A stretch of 64,000 nucleotides of DNA, from assembly GCA_963712695.1 (NCBI GenBank), contig CAVQJD010000011.1, forward strand, positions 69,336 through 133,335, read 5' to 3'. Below, piece by piece: positions 1 through 11,391 of the stretch (positions are counted from its first letter, which is position 1; the number at the start of each line of letters is the position of its first letter). The position numbers and the translations under genes were made by a program. The notes under the pieces were generated by a model that was not told the DNA's origin, did not search any database, and worked only from the letters and a program-made list of their open reading frames with translations. This stretch comes from an uncultured Gammaproteobacteria bacterium (GTDB lineage Bacteria > Pseudomonadota > Gammaproteobacteria > UBA9214).

Positions 1-749
1 ACCACAGCGGTGGCGGCATGCGCCTTGTGCTCCTGCATCATCGCGAGCAGTTCGCGATAGGCGAGATACTGGATGCGCCGGTCGATACTGAGTTGCAGAT
101 CCTTGCCCGGGCGCGGCAGGCTGATACTCTCGACGTCCTCGACGATATGGCTCTTGCCATCCTTGATAACGCGCTTGGCACCGGGTTCGCCCGACAGCCA
201 GTCTTCGTAGGCGAGCTCCAGTCCTTCCTGACCGACATCGTCGACATTGGTGAAGCCGACCACATGTGCCGCAACCTCGCCATCCGGGTAGTAGCGGCGG
301 TATTCACGCTGCAGGTAGACACCGGGTATATCCAGCGCCTCGACCTGCGCCGCCGTGGCCGGATCGATATGCCGGCGCAGATAGATGAACTCACGGTCCG
401 CACGGCTCGCCAGCAGGCGCTGCACACTGGACTTTTGCAGTTCCAGCAGACCGGTCAGCTCGGGAATACGCTGCTGCTCGTTACCCAGCTCCTGCGGATT
501 CACCCATACCGACTCCACCGGCGTACTGATCGCAAGTGGCTCTCCGTTGCGGTCCTGGATGATGCCGCGATGCGCCGGCAGGGTCACGATACGCAGATGC
601 CGCGCCTGCCCCTGGTTGAGCAGAAAATCCTTGTCCAGCACCTGCAGACAGACAGCACGCCAGACCAGCACGGCGGCCGCCAGGCCCATACACAGCATCA
701 GGAAAACCCGCCGCCCGGAATACAGTGTGTTCATGCGTGAATGGCTCAT
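1..749 (-). CDS. ftsI: Peptidoglycan D,D-transpeptidase FtsI (PBP3), N-terminal part; the 3-prime end lies beyond the window start
   Basis: Not in the ORF track because it is cut by the window edge. Manual minus-strand translation from ATG at 749 gives MSHSRMNTLYSGRRVFLMLCMGLAAAVLVWRAV...RRYYPDGEVAAHVVGFTNVDDVGQEGLELAYEDWLSGEPG..., i.e. a membrane anchor plus PBP dimerisation-domain motifs. Its start overlaps the ftsL stop (ATGA), and the order mraZ-rsmH-ftsL-ftsI is the dcw order. Confidence 0.85.
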   Translation of the reverse strand, partial: MSHSRMNTLYSGRRVFLMLCMGLAAAVLVWRAVCLQVLDKDFLLNQGQARHLRIVTLPAHRGIIQDRNGEPLAISTPVESVWVNPQELGNEQQRIPELTGLLELQKSSVQRLLASRADREFIYLRRHIDPATAAQVEALDIPGVYLQREYRRYYPDGEVAAHVVGFTNVDDVGQEGLELAYEDWLSGEPGAKRVIKDGKSHIVEDVESISLPRPGKDLQLSIDRRIQYLAYRELLAMMQEHKAHAATAV

Positions 750-1015
750 GGCTTCACAATCACCATTGCGTCAGCGCCCAGACTCGCCATGCCAAGCCGG
801 TCCCGCGCCACCTTCTCGATCTTGCCCTGCGTGGTCAGCATGCCCTGCTCCAGCTGCAGCTGCCCCCACTCGATCTCCATGTTGTCGCGCTCCTTGTCCA
901 GCGCCGACAATTCGATGAACAACTTGCGCCCCTGGTGCTTGGTATAAACGACGGCGACCGCTGACGTGACCACCAGAAGCAGCAGAATCAGCACGGCACC
1001 CGGCTGCCGGCTCAT
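746..1015 (-). CDS. ftsL: Cell division protein FtsL
   Basis: 89 aa with a single N-terminal TM helix (AVLILLLLVVTSAVAVVY) followed by a coiled-coil-like region. It sits between rsmH and ftsI with 4-nt overlaps on both sides. Confidence 0.85.
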   Translation of the reverse strand: MSRQPGAVLILLLLVVTSAVAVVYTKHQGRKLFIELSALDKERDNMEIEWGQLQLEQGMLTTQGKIEKVARDRLGMASLGADAMVIVKP

Positions 1016-1947
1016 TGCAAACGCTCCGCAACTCTCAGCACGGCACTGCGCGCACGCGGGTTGCGCTGCAGCTCATCCGCACCGGCGCGAATTGCCTTGC
1101 CGACAGGTTTCATACGTGGCGCGTAATCCATTCCGGCCAGCGGAAATTCCCTTGGCGGCGGCTCACCGCGGAACTCGTCCCGAATAAAGCGTTTGACAAT
1201 GCGGTCTTCCAGCGAGTGAAAACCGATCACGGCCAGCCGCCCGCCCGGCGCCAGCACGTCCGGAACCTGCTCCAGCACGGCACGCAGATCATCAAGCTCG
1301 TGGTTGATGAAAATACGAATCGCCAGAAAACTGCGCGTGGCGGGATGCTTGTTCTGCTCGCGCGCAGGAACCGTTGCGGCAATCAGCCCGGCGAGTTGAC
1401 GTGTTGTCAGCAACGGCGTTGCAATGCGTGCATTGACGATAGCGCGCGCGATCCGGCCTGCATAACGTTCCTCGCCCAGCGTGCGCAGTACCTCGCCGAT
1501 CTCGCGCGCACTCGCCTGTGCCAGCCACTGCGCCGCACTCATGCCCGTGGCAGGATCCATGCGCATATCAAGCGGACCGTCCTCGGAAAAGCTGAAACCG
1601 CGCGCAGCGTCGTCGAGTTGGGGCGAGGAAACGCCGAGATCCAGCAACAGACCATTGACCCGACCCGTCAGTTTTCGCTGCGCCATCAGCTCGCTCAGCA
1701 TCGTGAATGCACCCTGCACAATTTCAAAACGAGGATCATTTTCAAACTGCATACTTGCTGACCGCACCGCCTCGGGATCCTTGTCCATGGCGAGCAATCG
1801 ACCAGCCGGTCCGAGCCTTTCGAGCATGGCGGCGGCATGACCGCCCCGACCAAACGTTCCGTCCACGTACACGCCATCCGCCTGTATTGCCAGTCCGTCC
1901 AGCACTTCCGCAAGCAGTACCGGCTGGTGTGTATACGTCAGCCCCAC
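1012..1947 (-). CDS. rsmH: 16S rRNA (cytosine1402-N4)-methyltransferase RsmH/MraW
   Basis: 311 aa beginning HQPVLLAEVLDGL...YVDGTFGRGGH...LLDLGVSSPQLD, which are typical RsmH motifs. It follows mraZ. Confidence 0.95.
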   Translation of the reverse strand: MGLTYTHQPVLLAEVLDGLAIQADGVYVDGTFGRGGHAAAMLERLGPAGRLLAMDKDPEAVRSASMQFENDPRFEIVQGAFTMLSELMAQRKLTGRVNGLLLDLGVSSPQLDDAARGFSFSEDGPLDMRMDPATGMSAAQWLAQASAREIGEVLRTLGEERYAGRIARAIVNARIATPLLTTRQLAGLIAATVPAREQNKHPATRSFLAIRIFINHELDDLRAVLEQVPDVLAPGGRLAVIGFHSLEDRIVKRFIRDEFRGEPPPREFPLAGMDYAPRMKPVGKAIRAGADELQRNPRARSAVLRVAERLQ

Positions 1948-1953
1948 CGATGA

Positions 1954-2406
1954 TCAGATCGTCAGTTCACGCAGGGCATCCGGCAAATCGGTACCGTCAC
2001 CGCTGCCGGACGTCCAGTCGCCGCACTTCTTCTCCCAGACCTCTTCATTCCAGATCTCGAACTTGTTGCCCATACCGAGAAACATCACGCGTTTATCGAG
2101 ACCGGCAAGCTTGCGCAAGTGCGGCGGTATCAGCACGCGGCCGTTTTTATCCACCTCAAGCTCAGCGGCATTGCCGAACAGCATGAGTTGCAGTTCGCGC
2201 GTGAGTTTGTCCTGGTTAGGCAGGCGCACGATCTTGCGCTCGAGATCGTCCCAGTCGGGGCGGGGAAACAGCAGCAGGGCGCGGTCACTGTGCATGGTCA
2301 TCACCACGTGACCGCCACAACGCTCCATCAGGCTGTCACGGTAGCGCGTTGGCAGCGCCAGGCGGCCTTTAGCATCCAGATTGACCGTGCTGCCACCAAT
2401 GAACAA
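1954..2406 (-). CDS. mraZ: Transcriptional regulator MraZ
   Basis: The ORF is open to 2457, but a TTG at 2406 gives (M)FIGGSTVNLDAKGRLALPTRYRD, which matches the usual MraZ N-terminus and length (~150 aa). The exact start is uncertain. Confidence 0.88.
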   Translation of the reverse strand: MFIGGSTVNLDAKGRLALPTRYRDSLMERCGGHVVMTMHSDRALLLFPRPDWDDLERKIVRLPNQDKLTRELQLMLFGNAAELEVDKNGRVLIPPHLRKLAGLDKRVMFLGMGNKFEIWNEEVWEKKCGDWTSGSGDGTDLPDALRELTI

Positions 2407-2790
2407 AACTGCCCCCTTTTGCTCCCTTGAAACCCAGAAATAACCACTGGATCCCACTTTTCGACACTATAGGGAGCGGGGTTTACTTCGTCAAGAAAAA
2501 TCTAAAAAAAATATCCACCCGGACAGTAACTTAGGTCAGATTTTCGAAATCACCGCCGTCGCTGAGGACATATAAATAGAAATCAAAAGGTTGCCAAAAA
2601 TACCTTGAGTAGATTGGCAGCTTGACCCGTTTTTCCGGCTTTTCGTGCCGTGCGCAGACTGGCAGTGACCGCCTGGTGGAGATTATACGCCTGTTCAAAC
2701 CCACTATATTGGGTCTGTGAGTGGCTTTCTTAACTAAATGGTGGGATTGTTAACCGCCATGCGGCGGCACTCATCCAGCCGTTACCCAAT

Positions 2791-2818
2791 AAAAAAGCCT
2801 GCAAATGCAGGCTTTTTT
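2791..2818 (-). terminator. Rho-independent terminator downstream of ssb (symmetrical, could act in both directions)
   Basis: The sequence aaaaaagcctgca-aat-tgcaggctttttt forms a GC-rich stem flanked by A and T runs, 26 nt past the ssb stop. Confidence 0.7.
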
Positions 2819-2843
2819 ATTGGGTAACGGATATCGACGGTGT

Positions 2844-3284
2844 CTAGAACGGAATATCGTCATCGAAATCGGCGGGGCCTTCCGCGACAGCGGGCGCGCG
2901 GGACTCAGTGCTGTCACTGGAGGAAAATCCGGCGCTGCCGCCACCCCCCCGGCCACCCAGCATCTGCATTTCATTGGCAACGATTTCAGTGGTATAGCGG
3001 TCGTTGCCGGAACTGTCCTGCCACTTGCGTGTTTGCAACTTACCCTCGATATAAACCTGCGAACCCTTCTTGAGATACTCACCGGCAATCTCGCCAAGTC
3101 GCCGGAACAGCACCACGCGATGCCATTCGGTCTTTTCCTGCGCCTCGCCAGTCTGTTTGTCCTTCCAGGACTCCGTGGTGGCAAGGGTAATGTTGGCGAC
3201 TGCGTTGCCGTTCGGCATGTAGCGCATTTCCGGATCCTTACCCAGATTCCCTACCAGAATCACCTTGTTAATGCCTCGCGCCAT
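2844..3284 (-). CDS. ssb: Single-stranded DNA-binding protein
   Basis: 146 aa: [22 protein letters not shown]... OB fold, a Gly-rich linker and the acidic C-terminal tip DFDDDIPF. Confidence 0.97.
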   Translation of the reverse strand: MARGINKVILVGNLGKDPEMRYMPNGNAVANITLATTESWKDKQTGEAQEKTEWHRVVLFRRLGEIAGEYLKKGSQVYIEGKLQTRKWQDSSGNDRYTTEIVANEMQMLGGRGGGGSAGFSSSDSTESRAPAVAEGPADFDDDIPF

Positions 3285-3421
3285 GATGTTCTCCTGTTCT
3301 CCAGCGTTATGCTTGCATTGCCCCCTGCCGGGCCTGTGCAGACGGGTTGATGCGTTATTCTAAGCCAAAGCCGCTGCCCTTAATACCGGGAAAAACGCGT
3401 GGAGATCACCGACATTTCCTG

Positions 3422-4804
3422 TCAGACCCGTGGCAGGCTGGCATCATCAAACAGCCGCTTGTCGACTTTCATATAAGCCACGCCTTCCTCCGCCACCACC
3501 ACAACCTCGGTCACACCCGCCAGTTCGGCCAGTTGCCGGGACAGGGTTGCCACTTCATCCGGCGTCGTGACACGCACCGGGTGGATAATGGTGGCCAACT
3601 TCGGCGGCGGCACCATGGAGCTGGCCAGTCCCAGCCATACCAGTGCGCCCGCCGCGGAGCATATAAAGATACTGTGCAGACCGAACTGGCCATGCAGCCA
3701 GCCACCCAGCGACCCACCCACGAAAGCACCGAAAAACTGCATACTGGAATAGAAGCCCATGGCCGTGCCGCGGCAGTCGGCAGGCGCTGAACGTGACACC
3801 AGCGAGGGCAGCATGGCCTCGAGCAGGTTGAACGCGGTGAAAAAACCGAGCAGCAGTGCCACGCTGCTGACCAGCGTGGCCGGTACGCTGTACAGACCCA
3901 GTTGCACCAGAATCAGCAACGCAATCGCACCGAGAAACACCGGTTTGATGTACCCCTTGCGCTCCGCCAGAATGATGAACGGCACCATAACCGCAACCGA
4001 ACAGACCAGTACCGGCAGATAGACCTTCCAGTGACTGACCGCAGCCACGCCGGCCTCGTCCCTCAGCAGCAGCGGCATCACCACGAAGCTCGCAGTCATG
4101 ATGGCGTGCAGTATCAGTATGCCGAAATCCAGTCGCAGTAACTGGCCATGCCGCAGCACGCGACCGAACTGTGCCGGAATCGCCTCTGACTCGCGATGGA
4201 TGCGCAATGACAGCGGCCGCGGCACCACAAAGGCCACCACCAGCACCCCGCCCAGCGCCAGCACGGCAGTGAGGGCGAAGATGCCCGGCACGCCGATCCA
4301 GTGATTCAGCACCGGGCCAATTACCAGCGCCGCTGCAAACGAGATGCCGATGCTCATGCCGATCAGTGCCATGGCCTTGATGCGGTGCTCCTCACGGGTG
4401 AGGTCGGCGGTCAGCGCCATAATCGCCGCCGCGATCGCACCGGCACCCTGGAGGGCACGGCCCAGGATGACTATGAAAATGGAATCTGCCAGCGCCGCGA
4501 CCACGCTGCCGGCGGCGAATATCAGCAACCCGCCGATGATGACCGGTTTGCGGCCGATGCGGTCGGACAGCAGGCCGGCCGGAATCTGCAACAGTGCCTG
4601 GGTCACGCCATAGATGCCGATGGCCAGCCCGGTCAGCGCCGGGGTAACGCCCTCCAGATCGGCTGCATACAGCGCGAATACCGGCAGGATCATGAAAAAA
4701 CCAAGCATACGCAGGGCATAAACGCCCGACAGTGACAGCGCCGCCCGCCACTCATCCCGGCTCATGCCGGCACCGCTAGCCTCCGCCCGATTCACAATCC
4801 GCAA
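3422..4804 (-). CDS. MFS transporter with a ~60-aa soluble C-terminal extension
   Basis: 460 aa with about 12 predicted hydrophobic helices and the MFS loop motif [11 protein letters not shown]. The start may instead be the Met at 4765 (MSRDEW...). The C-terminal tail ...[44 protein letters not shown] is not membrane-like. Confidence 0.85.
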   Translation of the reverse strand: MRIVNRAEASGAGMSRDEWRAALSLSGVYALRMLGFFMILPVFALYAADLEGVTPALTGLAIGIYGVTQALLQIPAGLLSDRIGRKPVIIGGLLIFAAGSVVAALADSIFIVILGRALQGAGAIAAAIMALTADLTREEHRIKAMALIGMSIGISFAAALVIGPVLNHWIGVPGIFALTAVLALGGVLVVAFVVPRPLSLRIHRESEAIPAQFGRVLRHGQLLRLDFGILILHAIMTASFVVMPLLLRDEAGVAAVSHWKVYLPVLVCSVAVMVPFIILAERKGYIKPVFLGAIALLILVQLGLYSVPATLVSSVALLLGFFTAFNLLEAMLPSLVSRSAPADCRGTAMGFYSSMQFFGAFVGGSLGGWLHGQFGLHSIFICSAAGALVWLGLASSMVPPPKLATIIHPVRVTTPDEVATLSRQLAELAGVTEVVVVAEEGVAYMKVDKRLFDDASLPRV

Positions 4805-4869
4805 TCCTTTTGGCCGTGGACACGAAAACGCCGTATATTAACAGGTTGGCCGGCCAGACGTAGCAATAC

Positions 4870-7770
4870 ATGGATACCATACAGATCCGCGGGGCACGCA
4901 CCCACAACCTGAAAAACATCGACCTGGACCTGCCACGGGACAAGTTGATCATCGTCACCGGCCTGTCCGGTTCAGGCAAGTCGTCACTTGCCTTCGACAC
5001 GATTTATGCCGAGGGACAGCGCCGTTATGTGGAGTCGCTGTCGGCCTATGCCCGCCAGTTCCTCTCCATGATGGAAAAGCCGGATGTCGACCATATCGAG
5101 GGCCTGTCGCCGGCCATTTCCATCGAGCAGAAATCGACCTCGCATAACCCGCGCTCAACAGTCGGCACCATCACCGAGATCTACGATTACCTGCGCCTGC
5201 TGTATGCACGCGTCGGCACACCGCACTGCCCGGAACACGGCACGGTGCTGGAGGCGCAAACCATCAGCCAGATGGTCGATCACGTGCTGTCGCTGCCGGA
5301 AGGCAGTCGGCTGATGCTGCTGGCACCGGTGGTTGAATCACGCAAGGGCGAACATGTACAGGTACTGGAAGAACTGCGCGCGCAGGGTTACATCCGCGCA
5401 CGCATCGATGGCGAGATTGTCGAACTCGATCAACCACCGAAACTCGACCTGCGCCGCAAGCATGTTATCGAGGCAGTTGTGGATCGCTTCAAGGTACGAC
5501 CGGACCTGCAGCAGCGCCTGGCCGAATCTTTCGAGACCGCACTCAACCTGTCAGATGGACTGGCACGCGTCGCGTGGATGGACAATGCCGGTACGGAGGA
5601 ACTGCTGTTTTCGGCCAAGTTCGCCTGCCCGCAGTGCGGCTACTCCATCAGCGAACTGGAACCGCGACTGTTCTCATTCAACAATCCGGCCGGCGCCTGC
5701 CCGGCCTGCGACGGACTCGGGGTACGCCAGTTCTTTGATCCAGGCCGCGTGGTCGGCCATCCCGAACTCAGCCTGGCCGGCGGCGCCGTGCGCGGCTGGG
5801 ACCGCCGCAATGCCTACTATTCCCAGCTCATCACCGCGCTGGCCACCCATTACGACTTCGATACAGAGACACCGTTCGAGGAACTGCCGGAACGCATCCG
5901 GAACATCATCCTGCATGGCAGCAAGGGCGAGGTGATCCGGTTCCGCTACCTGAACGAACGCCGCGGCATGGTGGAGCGCAGCCACCCGTTCGAAGGCATT
6001 ATCCCGAACATGAAACGCCGCTACCATGAAACCGAATCCAACACGGTGCGCGAGGAACTGGCGCGCTACCTCAGCCACCAGGCCTGCCCGGACTGCGGCG
6101 GGGCACGCCTGAACCTGGCCGCACGCCATGTCACCGTGGCGGGTCGCACCCTGCCCGAAGTCACCGCCCTGCCAGTCGGTGGCAGCCGCGAACTGTTCAG
6201 CACCCTGCAACTCGAGGGACGGCGCGGCGAGATCGCCGGCAAGATACTCAAGGAGATCAACCAGCGCCTCGAGTTCCTGGTCAACGTCGGGCTCGACTAC
6301 CTGTCCCTGGAGCGCAGCGCCGAGACCCTGTCCGGTGGCGAGGCACAGCGCATCCGGCTTGCCAGCCAGATCGGTGCCGGCCTGGTCGGGGTCATGTATG
6401 TACTGGACGAACCATCGATCGGACTGCACCAGCGCGACAACCAGCGCCTGCTCGCCACCCTGACCCACCTGCGTGATCTCGGCAATACCGTAATCGTTAT
6501 CGAGCACGACGAGGAGGCGATCCGCGCCGGTGACTATGTTGTGGATGTTGGACCGGGTGCCGGTGTGCATGGCGGACGCATCGTGTCACAGGGTACGCCG
6601 GCGCAGATCATGGCCGACGCACAGTCACTCACCGGCCAGTACCTGTCCGGCCGGGCAACCATCGGCATACCGGAACACCTGTCGGTGTACGATCCGGATC
6701 GCGTGCTGACCATTCGAGGCGCCACCGGCAACAACCTGAAATCGGTCACCGTGGATATCCCGGTTGGCCTGATGACCTGTGTCACCGGCGTATCCGGTTC
6801 CGGCAAGTCCACGCTGATCAATGACACCCTGTACCGGCGCGCCGCCCAGGTGCTGAACCGCGCCTCCGAGGCATCCGCGCCCTGCACGGCGATCGAGGGC
6901 CTCGAACACTTCGACAAGATCGTCGATATCGACCAGAGCCCGATTGGCCGCACCCCGCGCTCCAACCCCGCCACCTACACCGGCCTGTTCACGCCGATTC
7001 GCGAACTGTTCGCCGCCACCCAGGAAGCACGCTCGCGTGGCTACAAACCCGGCCGCTTCAGTTTCAACGTCAAGGGAGGCCGCTGCGAGGCCTGCCAGGG
7101 TGACGGTGTCATCAAGGTCGAGATGCATTTTCTGCCGGATATCTACGTACCCTGCGACGTGTGCAAGGGCAAACGCTACAACCGTGAAACGCTGGATGTG
7201 CGCTACAAGGGCAAGACCATTCACGAGGTACTGGAACTGACCGTGGAAGATGCAGTGCCCTTCTTCAGCGCCATCCCGGTGGTCGCGCGCAAACTGCAAA
7301 CACTGATGGATGTCGGGCTGTCCTATCTCACGCTGGGTCAGAACGCCACCACCCTGTCCGGCGGCGAGGCGCAGCGCATCAAGCTGGCGCGCGAACTGTC
7401 CAAGCGCGACACCGGCAAGACGCTGTACATCCTGGACGAACCGACCACCGGCCTGCACTTCCATGACATTGCCCAGCTCCTGCAGGTACTGCACCGGCTG
7501 CGCGATCACGGCAACACCATCATCGTCATCGAGCACAACCTGGACGTCATCAAGACCGCCGACTGGATTATCGACATGGGACCGGAAGGCGGCATTGGCG
7601 GAGGCACCGTGGTCACCACCGGCTCTCCCGAAGCGGTCGCCGGGCACCCCGACTCCTACACCGGACACTACCTCAGGCAGACACTGGATCAGTACCGGCG
7701 CCAGACCCGGCCGGCAACCGCCATGAAGCAAACGGCCAAACGCATGAAGACAGAGAAAATCACTTCCTGA
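4870..7770 (+). CDS. uvrA: Excinuclease ABC subunit A
   Basis: 966 aa starting [65 protein letters not shown]. It has two ABC ATPase modules and Zn-finger Cys clusters. Confidence 0.98.
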   Translation: MDTIQIRGARTHNLKNIDLDLPRDKLIIVTGLSGSGKSSLAFDTIYAEGQRRYVESLSAYARQFLSMMEKPDVDHIEGLSPAISIEQKSTSHNPRSTVGTITEIYDYLRLLYARVGTPHCPEHGTVLEAQTISQMVDHVLSLPEGSRLMLLAPVVESRKGEHVQVLEELRAQGYIRARIDGEIVELDQPPKLDLRRKHVIEAVVDRFKVRPDLQQRLAESFETALNLSDGLARVAWMDNAGTEELLFSAKFACPQCGYSISELEPRLFSFNNPAGACPACDGLGVRQFFDPGRVVGHPELSLAGGAVRGWDRRNAYYSQLITALATHYDFDTETPFEELPERIRNIILHGSKGEVIRFRYLNERRGMVERSHPFEGIIPNMKRRYHETESNTVREELARYLSHQACPDCGGARLNLAARHVTVAGRTLPEVTALPVGGSRELFSTLQLEGRRGEIAGKILKEINQRLEFLVNVGLDYLSLERSAETLSGGEAQRIRLASQIGAGLVGVMYVLDEPSIGLHQRDNQRLLATLTHLRDLGNTVIVIEHDEEAIRAGDYVVDVGPGAGVHGGRIVSQGTPAQIMADAQSLTGQYLSGRATIGIPEHLSVYDPDRVLTIRGATGNNLKSVTVDIPVGLMTCVTGVSGSGKSTLINDTLYRRAAQVLNRASEASAPCTAIEGLEHFDKIVDIDQSPIGRTPRSNPATYTGLFTPIRELFAATQEARSRGYKPGRFSFNVKGGRCEACQGDGVIKVEMHFLPDIYVPCDVCKGKRYNRETLDVRYKGKTIHEVLELTVEDAVPFFSAIPVVARKLQTLMDVGLSYLTLGQNATTLSGGEAQRIKLARELSKRDTGKTLYILDEPTTGLHFHDIAQLLQVLHRLRDHGNTIIVIEHNLDVIKTADWIIDMGPEGGIGGGTVVTTGSPEAVAGHPDSYTGHYLRQTLDQYRRQTRPATAMKQTAKRMKTEKITS

Positions 7771-8500
7771 ACAGTGTTCCCACCCGCAGTCCCAGCTCCC
7801 GGTCTGCGCGACCCTGATTCACGGCGATCTCTACCAGGCCGTTGGCATTCCCGTACCAGAACGGGGCGCCGACGGTGACATCGGCAAAGGTGCGCGCCCG
7901 CGGCAGCAGGTACTCGCCGGTGCGCAGCAGCGCATGATCCGGCATGACCGAGGCCCGCACCCCGGTAATGGCATTACCGTAGCGGTCGATATACACCACC
8001 CGAAACAGATCATCCGGCCAGTCCGGCTTCAGCAGGGTCTCGACTGACACGCTCTGCCCGGTCTCGCGGCCACCGCGCGCCAGTCGTGCGGCGGCCGGGG
8101 CAAACACGTCGCGCGCATGAAAGGTCGCCGAGGCTTGTTCCGCTGCCGGCATCTGCCAGCATTCGATTTTCCCGACTCGTCGCGCCAGGATGGCGAACAG
8201 GCCTTCGTTCGGTCCGACAAACCAGCGTCCGTCGGCCCGTAGCACCACACCCGGGCGCTGGCTGCCAACTCCCGGGTCGACCACGCACAGGAACACCGTG
8301 CCCGGCGCAAAGCCCAGCGTATAGGCTGGCAACAGGTAGGCCGCACCCTGAATATCAAACGCCGCGAGGTCAGCAAACAGGCTGATGACCGGCATCCCGG
8401 GCGCCTGCTGATGCAGCACAGCCTGCACCTGGCCGGTATACGGCCCGTCCAGACCGAAATCGGTTACCAGCACAATCATCGAGGTCTCCGACAATGCCAC
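7760..8500 (-). CDS. SAM hydroxide adenosyltransferase family protein (DUF62; fluorinase/chlorinase-like fold)
   Basis: 246 aa with [21 protein letters not shown]...VVDPGVGS...FVGPNEGL...FHARDVFAP, motifs typical of the DUF62 family. Its 3-prime end overlaps the uvrA 3-prime end by 11 nt (convergent). Confidence 0.8.
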   Translation of the reverse strand: MALSETSMIVLVTDFGLDGPYTGQVQAVLHQQAPGMPVISLFADLAAFDIQGAAYLLPAYTLGFAPGTVFLCVVDPGVGSQRPGVVLRADGRWFVGPNEGLFAILARRVGKIECWQMPAAEQASATFHARDVFAPAAARLARGGRETGQSVSVETLLKPDWPDDLFRVVYIDRYGNAITGVRASVMPDHALLRTGEYLLPRARTFADVTVGAPFWYGNANGLVEIAVNQGRADRELGLRVGTLFRK

Positions 8501-8780
8501 GCGCCCGGAAAAAAACTGTCGCCTGCCATCGTCAGCACATGGCTGAGTCTGCGAGCGCCAATCAGAGCGTTTAATACGGGCAGTGAGGCAACAATGATTC
8601 CTCCGGCAAGGATCAGCATGCCGACTATTCGCTGTGATCGATATGGATGTCGTGCGGGAACAGCCGGCCCGTGCCGGTTTCGATAGCGTCTTTCAGACTC
8701 AACAGGAAAACACCCCACCTGGTGCGGCAGTGCGCCATGGACTCAGTCGCGACATGATAGATAGATCTCCGGCATCGCAC

Positions 8781-8990
8781 TTATTTACCCTGCTCCTGCG
8801 CCAGCGTGTGCCTGTATTCATAATAGGTCTGGGCCGTGGAGTCCAGGCAGCGCTGCTGCTCAGCGCTGTCGGCGATCTTGTAGCATTCGCGCTGTTTCCA
8901 GTTACGTCCGGAATCGTACACGAGACTGGAAGCACAACCGGAAACCGCCAGGGTAATGGCCAGAACGCCGGATAATGAGGTGATTTTCAT
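8781..8990 (-). CDS. Small putative lipoprotein
   Basis: The internal Met at 8990 gives MKITSLSGVLAITLAVSGC..., a signal peptide plus lipobox (LAVSGC), for a 69-aa product. The longer ORF to 9125 has a non-signal-like N-terminus. Confidence 0.5.
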   Translation of the reverse strand: MKITSLSGVLAITLAVSGCASSLVYDSGRNWKQRECYKIADSAEQQRCLDSTAQTYYEYRHTLAQEQGK

Positions 8991-9197
8991 GGCTGACAGT
9001 ACCCGCAGGAAAACTGCGCCTAGTTTAGGGAAAAACGTCCGCCCGCACCATTGCTGAATGACTGCAGCGCCGACCGACATGGCGACTGTCTCAGGGCGCT
9101 GCCGCCTGCAACCGGTTGATGCCAAGTAACACGTAGTACACCCAGCTGTTTGCCGCTACACTGTGTCGACCCTGTCCAATAACGTGAGTTCAGCACC

Positions 9198-9476
9198 ATG
9201 AAAGCTACCGCCGAATTACAGGTCATTCCACTGGGTACAGGGGTCTCGGTGCGCGCGGAGGTCACGCGCATCATTGGCCTGCTCCAGCAATACAACTTCA
9301 TCCTGGAAACCCATGCCGCGGGCACCGACATCGAGGGCGAGCTGGGTGACATCCTCGCCGCCGTGCAGCATGTCCACGAAACCCTGCACGCCGAGGGCAG
9401 TGTGCGGCTGATCAGCTACCTGAAGCTCGAGACACGCAGCGACAAGGTGCCGACACTGGCCGGCAAGCGGCTTTAG
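9198..9476 (+). CDS. MTH1187/YkoF-like (DUF77) thiamine-binding family protein
   Basis: 92 aa: MKATAELQVIPLGTG.S....V..I...L......LETHAAGTDIEGEL..IL..V...HE. The size and pattern are typical of this family. Confidence 0.7.
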   Translation: MKATAELQVIPLGTGVSVRAEVTRIIGLLQQYNFILETHAAGTDIEGELGDILAAVQHVHETLHAEGSVRLISYLKLETRSDKVPTLAGKRL

Positions 9477-9651
9477 CAACAATATCAATTAGTTACCTGC
9501 ATACCCGACCCGCATTTTTGGTAATTGCCGCTGTACATTACGGCGCGGAACAGGTAAAAAAGGTACAGAAACTTTAATAACAAGGCATGGCTGATCTTCC
9601 CTGTCCTGATCTGGAATACAAGGACACGGGGCGACAGAGTGGTAACCCGGC

Positions 9652-11355
9652 ATGACAAGCAGCACGATCCGCCCTCTCACCGGCCACTACGGCCGACTGC
9701 TACCATCGCTGGCAGCCCTGTTGCTGCTGTCCGGACCGGCACTACCCGATTCGCAAGTCAGCGACACTATTTACGCACGTGTTGCTGACATTCGCGGTGG
9801 CATCGACGTCAGCATCGATCAGACCCCCATCGCCTCGGCTATTGTGTTGCCGGCACTGTATGCAAAACGTGACTACGCCCCGGCATGGTCCAACCCGGCA
9901 TCCGTGCAGCAAATGATCAGCGCCATCGAACACGTCGATCAGGACGGGCTCGATCCCGCAGATTACAACCTCGCCACCCTCAAGCTGCTGCTGGAGCGCA
10001 ACAACGAAACCGGTGATGCCAACCCGGTACGCACCGCCAATCTCGATCTGCTGCTTACCGACAGCCTGATCAGGCTCGGTTATCACCTGTCCTTCGGCAA
10101 GGTCGATCCGGAGGAACTCGATTCCAACTGGAACATGACCCGCTACCTCGAGGACCTCGACACGTTGCTGCAGCAGGACAATGCTATCGAGCACGGCCGT
10201 GTCGCCGAGCTGCTGCAATCGCTGCTGCCACAATCCCCCGTTTATCAGCGCCTGAAGCAGGCACTGGCAAGCTATCGCCGCTACCAGCAGCTCGGTGGCT
10301 GGCAAGCGGTACCGGACGGGCCGGCACTGAAGACCGGCATGTCGGACGAACGCGTGCTGGCACTGCGGGCACGACTGGTCGCCACGCATGATCTTGCCAC
10401 CCAGGACATGTTACTGCCGACCTATGACGATGCGGTCGAGGCCGGAGTGAAGCATTTCCAGCACCGCCACGGTCTGGAGGTCGATGGTATCGCGGGACAG
10501 AAAACCCTCGCGGAGCTGAACGTACCGGTTGAAGCACGCATTGCACAGATACGTGCCAATCTCGAGCGCGCCCGCTGGATGCTGCGTGACCTGCCGGAAA
10601 CCTACATCATGGTGGACATCGCGGGCTTCAATGTGCGCCTGTTCAGGAACGGCGAGGTCGCATGGGAAACACGCGCCGTGGTTGGTCAACCCTACCGCAT
10701 GTCGCCGGTATTCCGATCCACGCTGACCTACCTTGATCTCAACCCGACCTGGACGGTACCGCCGACCGTGCTGGACGAAGACCTGCTTCCGGAACTGCGC
10801 AAGAACCCGAACCACCTGGCAGAAAAGGACATGCAGGTCATCGATTATCAGGGCAACCCGGTCGATGCACGCAACATCGACTGGCACCGCTATACCGGCC
10901 ACAGTTTCCCATGGCTGATCCGGCAAAAACCCGGACCGAAAAATGCGCTCGGCCGCATCAAGTTCATGTTCCCCAACGGGCATTCGGTCTACCTGCACGA
11001 CACACCCAGCAAGTCGCTGTTCGCGAAACCGGAGCGCGCCCTCAGCTCCGGCTGCATCCGCATCGAGCATCCCTACGAACTCGCGGAACTGTTGTTGCAG
11101 GGCAATGCAGGCTGGAATCACGGCCGCCTCGTCCAGGCCATCGATTCGCTGCAGACACGCACCGTCAGCCTGGAGCAACCCGTGACGATCCTGCTGATGT
11201 ACTGGACGGTATCGGTGGACGACGATGGAACAGTCCTGTTCAGCCGCGACATCTACGCACGAGATCCGCCGATCATTCGCGGCCTGGGTGAACCGTTCCG
11301 GTTTCGCAAACGGGACATCATCCGCCCTCCGCTGGAAATGACAGCATCGCGCTGA
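9652..11355 (+). CDS. L,D-transpeptidase with peptidoglycan-binding domain (YcbB/LdtD-like)
   Basis: 567 aa with an N-terminal signal-like segment, a PG-binding repeat (FQHRHGLEVDGIAGQKTLAELN), and a YkuD catalytic motif HDTPSKSLFAKPERALSSGCIRIEHP. Confidence 0.9.
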   Translation: MTSSTIRPLTGHYGRLLPSLAALLLLSGPALPDSQVSDTIYARVADIRGGIDVSIDQTPIASAIVLPALYAKRDYAPAWSNPASVQQMISAIEHVDQDGLDPADYNLATLKLLLERNNETGDANPVRTANLDLLLTDSLIRLGYHLSFGKVDPEELDSNWNMTRYLEDLDTLLQQDNAIEHGRVAELLQSLLPQSPVYQRLKQALASYRRYQQLGGWQAVPDGPALKTGMSDERVLALRARLVATHDLATQDMLLPTYDDAVEAGVKHFQHRHGLEVDGIAGQKTLAELNVPVEARIAQIRANLERARWMLRDLPETYIMVDIAGFNVRLFRNGEVAWETRAVVGQPYRMSPVFRSTLTYLDLNPTWTVPPTVLDEDLLPELRKNPNHLAEKDMQVIDYQGNPVDARNIDWHRYTGHSFPWLIRQKPGPKNALGRIKFMFPNGHSVYLHDTPSKSLFAKPERALSSGCIRIEHPYELAELLLQGNAGWNHGRLVQAIDSLQTRTVSLEQPVTILLMYWTVSVDDDGTVLFSRDIYARDPPIIRGLGEPFRFRKRDIIRPPLEMTASR

Positions 11356-11391
11356 CCAGCCACCTGGTCACACCGGGTATTGACGTGCCGC

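Noticed and set aside
2640-2760. A promoter and MraZ-box search upstream of mraZ. The minus strand has TTGAAC and TATAAT hexamers at 2693-2698 and 2682-2687, with scattered GTGGG/TGGG motifs.
   Set aside because: The two hexamers are only 5 nt apart, so they cannot be a -35/-10 pair. The GTGGG motifs are on mixed strands with irregular spacing, so no supportable call can be made.
4831-4844. A possible LexA/SOS box (CCGTATATTAACAG) in the MFS-uvrA divergent promoter region.
   Set aside because: The gammaproteobacterial consensus is CTGT-N8-ACAG. Here the half-sites are CCGT and ACAG with only 6 nt between them, so it does not fit. No better box was seen upstream of ssb either.
8476-8718. An 80-aa minus-strand ORF with one hydrophobic segment, between the small lipoprotein gene and the DUF62 gene.
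   Set aside because: It overlaps the DUF62 start, has an Arg-rich non-protein-like N-terminus and no recognisable family. An alternative 47-aa version cannot be supported from sequence alone.
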